The notes beneath the pieces were generated by a model. The model was not told the origin of the DNA. It worked only from the letters and a program-made list of their open reading frames with translations, and did not search any database. Position numbers and translations under genes: made by a program. Below, piece by piece: positions 10,032 through 15,153 of a stretch of DNA of 15,153 nt (its first letter is position 1; every line of letters begins with the position of its first letter). Source of the DNA: Amoebidium appalachense (lineage: Eukaryota; Protista; Ichthyosporea); NCBI GenBank assembly GCA_963693365.1, contig CAVNZM010000071.1, forward strand, positions 1 to 15,153. The letters are read 5' to 3'.

Positions 10032-11048
10032 ACTCCCAAGTCCGGTGGTTCGGCCCCTATGGACCATCACATGACGCCCAAAGGGTTTCGCATGGCGTCA
10101 TCTTCTACCAACACTCTGTTAGGCCAGACTGTGCGTCTGTGGGCCTTTGATGTTGCCGAGGCCTTTGCCCGTCTGGCCGCCAACCGCAAGGACGAGGCCG
10201 TTTCTGCCCTGCGCGCCACCCTTGCTGCGGCCGAAGCAAACGCGGCCGCTGCGGCCTCCGAGCGCGACCAGGCCATGGGCGACAAGACGGCTGCCGAGTT
10301 AGCCAAGGAGGCCGCGGAGGCCGCCCAGGCCGAGGCACTCGCCACCCTCGCTGCCGCTCTCGCCCGCGTGAAGCTCGAACCACTCACCCTCCCGACCCGC
10401 ATGCCTCTCACAACCGGCGGCACGTACACGGACAACCATAAGTTCAAGCGCCTGACGCGCGCGTTCGCGTATGTGTGCGTGGACACGCTGTACGGCGAAG
10501 GCGTGCGCTGCGCCAGCACGTACACGGGCATGATCATGGCCACCACGGGCGTGTGCTTTGTGTTCCAGTCGGGGGAGATTTCCAACATCATCGCCACCAC
10601 CGGGCTGCAGAAGGCCATGAAGGAGCGCATCCGGCTGTGGACCGGCGAGGAGCCCAAGTACTCGACCGACATGACCACGCAGCAGCTGTACACCTTTGTC
10701 TACAACTACACGCGCTGGTACGTCGAGTACTGCAAGGCGCCGGTGCTGCGCCAGTCGACCATCAACAACGCGGACACGGGCGCTGCCGAGTACGAGGTGC
10801 ACGTCGAGCTGGCGTCGTGGCTGGAGGCCATCCAGGACAAGTTCCCCGACATCGAGCCGCTGGAGCTCGGGCGCACCGTCAGCCTCAACGACCCCCTTGT
10901 GGAGCGCGGCGAGCAGCTCAAGGGGCAGACCCAGCTGGACGTGTATGTGCAGCGCGGGCGGCTGGGGCGGAAGCGCAAGGTCGCCCGCCTGCAGAAGCCC
11001 GAGGGCCCCGTTGATGTTGTGGTGATTGCGGACAGTGATAGTGAGTGA
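10032..11048 (+). CDS. Gene B exon 2: C-terminal half of the AntA/MSV199-like domain, Ala-rich coiled coil, unknown globular domain, PIP-box/NLS/SIM-like tail
   Basis: Long open frame with very high GC3. GGSAPMDHHMTPKGFRMASSSTNTLLGQTVRLWAFDV parallels the AntA pattern GGRPxxDYxLTxxxxKxxxMxxxxxxGxxxRxYF. Ends QTQLDVYV..RKRK..VDVVVIADSDSE*. Confidence 0.85.
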   Translation, partial: TPKSGGSAPMDHHMTPKGFRMASSSTNTLLGQTVRLWAFDVAEAFARLAANRKDEAVSALRATLAAAEANAAAAASERDQAMGDKTAAELAKEAAEAAQAEALATLAAALARVKLEPLTLPTRMPLTTGGTYTDNHKFKRLTRAFAYVCVDTLYGEGVRCASTYTGMIMATTGVCFVFQSGEISNIIATTGLQKAMKERIRLWTGEEPKYSTDMTTQQLYTFVYNYTRWYVEYCKAPVLRQSTINNADTGAAEYEVHVELASWLEAIQDKFPDIEPLELGRTVSLNDPLVERGEQLKGQTQLDVYVQRGRLGRKRKVARLQKPEGPVDVVVIADSDSE

Positions 11049-11165
11049 TATGAGAGTTGTGTAGCGCTGGTTGATTGGGGGTGTTAGTGTATAGCGCTAG
11101 AGTTGTGTGTAGCGTAGCTTTCGTAGCTTCGTAGTAGTGTAGCTTTCGAGTGTGTGTGTGTGTGG

Positions 11166-11196
<31 letters not shown>

Positions 11197-11249
11197 TGTG
11201 TAGCGCTGGTGGCTCAGTTGTGTCAGGCTGTGTTGCGTTAGTCACTGTG

Positions 11250-11376
11250 TAACCCTGACCAAAAACCAAAAGTGATGACACAACTCGGTGCAACCAGACC
11301 CAATTAAAAAAGTCCCGCTATGTCATGGCTAACCCTGACCAAAAACCAAAAGTGATGACGCAACTCGGTCCAACCA
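11250..11376. repeat. Direct repeat, 2 copies of ~47 bp, period 80 bp
   Basis: TAACCCTGACCAAAAACCAAAAGTGATGAC(A/G)CAACTCGGT(G/C)CAACCA at 11250 and 11330. Confidence 0.9.
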
Positions 11377-11388
11377 CCACACACCACC

Positions 11389-11481
<93 letters not shown>

Positions 11482-12129
11482 CTTACCAATGATAGCGCTA
11501 TTATAAATTAGAATTGAGTTGTGTGTGTGTGTGTGCTTGCTCGGAATTGTGTCAGGCTGTGCAGCGCTAGAGCGCAGCGCCAGCGCGCCTGCCGGCGGGT
11601 GTTCTTTGTTATCAGAGTAGATATGTCATCATATGCGTTGACGTCATTTTGACGTCATCCGCTTACTTAAATAGACTTGGTTGGCGCTGGGGATGATGGG
11701 CCATCTGCATCATGTAGTTCTGCGCTGTACGTGGGAATAACCTGTGCAACATAAGCTCTCAATTGTAATTACAATAAATGCAAAAAATCTTGAATTGTAT
11801 TTTTCATGGTGGGTGCATAAGCGTGAGACTTTCCATCATGGGTTCATCAATATGCAAATTGTTCTCTTGGGGCTGAGACTTCATCCAATCGGTTTTCGGT
11901 AGAATTTGATTGGCCTAACCTGGATTTCCAAATGTTCTCTTGGAAGCCGTTATTTGGTGGGGGGATAGATGCGTAGATGCGTAAAACACGATTTAATTCA
12001 AGCAAAATCGCGAGAGAGAAAATGGATTGCTGCGCCAAAGAGTTCATGGTATATTTGTAAACATTTAGGCAGTCAAGGGCTCCGAAATGGCTTCAGTCCT
12101 TTTGCACTCACTCCCAATACTGAGATCAC

Positions 12130-12283
12130 CAAAAAGCCAATCAAGCGTTACTGCCAATCGCGTGCACTCCAGGAACAAATGCAGCATCCAATTGTATCAC
12201 CGGTTGTTTCGATTGGTCATTCAATAACCAATAAAAAAACATGTTCTCAATTGGCTCACCAGGTGGCGCAGCCAGCTATTTAA
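12130..12283 (+). promoter_or_regulatory. Pol II-type promoter of gene C: CCAAT cluster and TATA-like box
   Basis: CCAAT/ATTGG at ~12137, 12154, 12189, 12212, 12229 and 12250. TATTTAA at 12277-12283, 65 nt before AAAATG (ATG 12348). Confidence 0.6.
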
Positions 12284-12347
12284 GTCAACATCTCGTAGGC
12301 CTCTGCCATCATTCTACAACCACAGACACTCAGGTGACACATACAAA

Positions 12348-13115
12348 ATGTACATGTCACAGACACTGCACACCGCGATGGAAATCGGCGCTCCTGGCGC
12401 TGCGCCTGTCTCCCAGCCGGCCGTATTCAACACCTTCACGTTTCCACCCACCCCACAACCCGACCTGGACATCATACAGAGTACCGACTTCATTCCGCTG
12501 ACGTCCGACGATTTTGCTGCTTTTGACAACCAACTAGGTGACGGCTCCATGCTCCATGCGCCCACCCCGACGACGGCTAAGAGCCACGGCCAGCACCACG
12601 TCTTCGACTTCGACATGGTCTGCGGCGAGACAATCCCCCCCTCTCCGGCGCGTCCTGTTCCCGCACGTCTGCATCTGCAAGCGGTCTCCTCTCACGCCCC
12701 CACGCTGCCACCCACCACAACCACGCCAGCAACAACATGGTTTGGCCGGCTCAGGTCTGCCGAGAACCAGGATTCCGATACGAGACAATGGAAGCGCTCG
12801 CGCGCTAACATCTCAATGACCAAAAAGCCACCTGGTGAAATCAAAGCCCTCGCCACTGCTGGTGATTGGAGGCGCCATCTTGCACCCCTGCCTGTTTCAC
12901 AGATGTTGGGCGAGGCGCTCGACAGACTTAGCCCGTTGTGCCTTGTACCGTTCATCAGCTGCACGCTCCCTTTTGCAGCTAGCAAAGAGCAGCTCTCCTA
13001 CCTCGACGCTGGTAGCATCTGTGCGCTTCTCGGCTTCAGGGACATCGATGAGATACGCGACCGTCTCGATCAGGCCAAAATCGCAAACGCCCGTGATGTA
13101 CCAGGCACAGAAGCG
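12348..13115 (+). CDS. Gene C exon 1 (join 12348-13115,13550-14272; ~496 aa): Pro/Thr-rich disordered N-terminus, then first half of a Bro-N-like domain
   Basis: ORF 12348 reads as protein up to GCG|GTAGGA (13115/13116), after which it runs into microsatellite. YLDAGSICALLGFRDIDEIRD resembles Bro-N FxxxDVCxxLGYxN. Confidence 0.7.
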
Positions 13116-13136
13116 GTAGGAGCCCCCCCCCCCCCC

Positions 13137-13358
13137 CCACACACGCACACACAAGGCTTCCACACACACACACACACACACGCACACACAAGGCTTCCAC
13201 ACACACGCACACACACGCACACACAAGGCTTCCACACACACGCACACACAAGGCTTCCACACACACACACACACAAGGCTTCACACACGCACACACAAGG
13301 CTTCCACACACACACACACACACACAAGGCTTCACACATGCACACACAAGGCTTCCAC
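13137..13358. repeat. Minisatellite inside the gene C intron (13116-13549): 8 x [(CA)n-AAGGCTTC]
   Basis: CAAGGCTTC occurs eight times, separated by CA tracts of variable length. Confidence 0.9.
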
Positions 13359-13549
13359 CGACACTTTATCAACACCCCTACTAAATGGTGGATCCGGGCA
13401 CCATAGTGGTCGTGGCTACGGTGGCGTTTTGTGTGGGCATGTTCTTTCTCAGTGTCCTTGACTATCTCTTCCCCGTGTTCTCGGATCCGATTAAGGGGGA
13501 CCCACCCCCGCCATACTCAATCCATGCTGATACTTGGTGATTCCTACAG

Positions 13550-14272
13550 GGTTCCCCGCACTACTACAAGGAGGGCAACTTCATGCTGGTCTCGCCCGCT
13601 GCGTTTCTTCACCTGACCACCCAGGTCTTGTACGAGTCCCCCCTGGCCCTCGATTTTCTGGGATGGTTTAACAGCGCCCGCAACAAGGAGCTGCACTTGC
13701 ACGAAACCCGGCTCTATGAGAAGACCCGCGGCGCGCCCCCTTCCACCACCCCTCTGGATGCCACCCGCCACATTCGCGCTACCTTTGTCGGTTTCCTGGT
13801 GGCCACACTCAGCTCGACATCCGTGCTTGACGTCCACAGCCTGGTGACCATCCTTGAAAAGGTGGCCAATGTGCAAGTCACTTCACGCTTCAAGACCCGC
13901 AACATCTGCGCCCCGCACGCCGAGGCGCTGGTTTTCAAGGTGCTTGCCCAGCGCATCAATATAGACACGGGCGTTTCGATAGCGTCTGCGCTCGACATCA
14001 ACACGTTGCACCTCTACACGTTTCTCTCGCGCGCCCTTGAGGCTCTGGATGTTGACGTACCCCATCCACACGGCGTCCCTGCCAGCAGCACCCACAAGGA
14101 CCCCCAGCTGCGCGACCTGAGGAAGCTGGGTCGCTCCCTCGAGAAGGACTTTGCCGGCATACGCCAGTTGCCCCTGGAGCCCAAGTCCTTCTTCTATGCC
14201 ATGCCGGAGCGCCAGGACACCCCGGCCGGACACGAAGTGTGCGCGTGCTTCAGGATGGATCGGAGTCTTTAG
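13550..14272 (+). CDS. Gene C exon 2: second half of the Bro-N-like domain plus unknown helical domain
   Basis: TTCCTACAG|GGT acceptor (13549/13550) is in frame with ORF 13583-14272. FMLVSPAAFLHLTT..SPLALDFLGWF resembles Bro-N xxxSEsGLYxLxxxSxxPxAxxFxxWV. High GC3. Further 3' splicing cannot be excluded. Confidence 0.75.
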   Translation, partial: GSPHYYKEGNFMLVSPAAFLHLTTQVLYESPLALDFLGWFNSARNKELHLHETRLYEKTRGAPPSTTPLDATRHIRATFVGFLVATLSSTSVLDVHSLVTILEKVANVQVTSRFKTRNICAPHAEALVFKVLAQRINIDTGVSIASALDINTLHLYTFLSRALEALDVDVPHPHGVPASSTHKDPQLRDLRKLGRSLEKDFAGIRQLPLEPKSFFYAMPERQDTPAGHEVCACFRMDRSL

Positions 14273-14561
14273 GTTGGGCGGACATGTACGGATGGATGCG
14301 TCGCACGAGTCCTGTGCACACGGGGCAGCGCCGTGCAAGCTTGCACGATTTGGAGTTGTTCGGGCACTTGTCCTGGGATACATACTTTTTTTTAGCTGGC
14401 TTGAGTGCGCTTGTACTGGTGGGTTTGGGCTTTGCTCCGTTTAGCTTCGGCATCGTAAGCGCAGCCGGTTTGGGCGCGCTTGTACTGGTGGGTTTGGGCT
14501 TTGCTCCGTTTAGCTTCGGCATCGTAAGCGCAGCCGGTTTGTGATTTTGTGTTTGCGCCAT
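14250..14561 (-). CDS. Possible small Lys/Pro-rich basic protein (103 aa) with a 23-aa internal duplication
   Basis: GCCATGG start context at 14561; TATATAAA on the minus strand at 14594-14587. An in-frame 69-bp tandem repeat (14407-14541) encodes KPAALTMPKLNGAKPKPTSTSA twice. No recognisable family. Confidence 0.35.
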   Translation of the reverse strand: MAQTQNHKPAALTMPKLNGAKPKPTSTSAPKPAALTMPKLNGAKPKPTSTSALKPAKKKYVSQDKCPNNSKSCKLARRCPVCTGLVRRIHPYMSAQPKDSDPS

Positions 14562-15153
14562 GGCCTCTTCTGTTGGGATTTCAGTCTTTATATACACCTA
14601 CATAATCATCAACAATAGCCGCTAAACATTGCGCGTTGTCTCGCGCGTGAGCTTTTGCAACCTTGTTTGTATTTGACAGGCCCGATGGCCCATGCCTACC
14701 TATCAAATGTGTAATAATCTTATCATGTCACGTGATATAAAGCTGACCAATCAGATCGTTTGACATCTGATAATCACCCTTTGATCGCTGAGGAGAAGGG
14801 GGAGTTTATCGATCTTGTCTGATTAAATCGCATTCCGTGGCGCGGATTGCCCTGTAAATATTGTTTCAATAAACCCCACTGTTTTTGTCGCTTGTGGGAG
14901 ATTTCCATGACGCAATGGCATTTTTTAATTGAAGATTGGGTGACAGGCAAACGGTGTCACATGGACATCAACTCTCACCTCAATCGGTTTCGTTTGTTCA
15001 CCTTTCGCTCACAGTGACTTCTCTTCACCCACCCTTGCAAAACATGAACGCCCCACTCCCCCCACCCACTCCCCCTCCCCTCCCTTCACCCCCAAAGCCC
15101 GTTGAAGGGTGTGAATGCACTCGTTGCACAGACCTTCGCGTCTGTGACGGCTC

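Noticed and set aside
10067-11025. Overlapping antisense and alternate-frame ORFs within gene B (likewise in genes A and C)
   Set aside because: Shadow ORFs expected from high GC3 coding sequence; no independent motifs.
11250-11336. Telomeric TAACCC repeats
   Set aside because: Only two isolated monomers, both explained by the 80-bp-period duplication.

Overview
Eukaryotic genomic DNA: GT-AG introns, TATA/CCAAT promoters, and abundant (CA)n, (TA)n and poly-C/G tracts. The host cannot be identified from this window. The left end (1-2.7 kb) holds a decayed Exo1/XPG-family nuclease (+) facing a decayed PIF/Harbinger-ISL2EU-type DDE transposase tail (-). The rest is a modular cluster of three same-strand genes plus one inverted paralogue fragment. 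All four appear to carry phage/giant-virus antirepressor-type (Bro-N / AntA / MSV199-like) DNA-binding domains fused to eukaryotic modules: a BAG-like domain in one, a PIP-box/NLS/SUMO-interacting tail in another. These family calls are by eye. Unusual non-coding structure: (i) phase-0 introns inside the putative DNA-binding domain that hold arrays of variable palindromes between constant CCAAT/TGACGTCA-type linkers; (ii) a ~160-bp satellite whose unit is an exon end plus GTAAGT splice donor, joined to the paralogue's intron; (iii) a 1.15-kb imperfect palindrome about which the flanks are mirror-organised; (iv) a shared ATAGCGCTAT motif upstream of each gene. No capsid, polymerase, rRNA, tRNA or Cas gene is visible.
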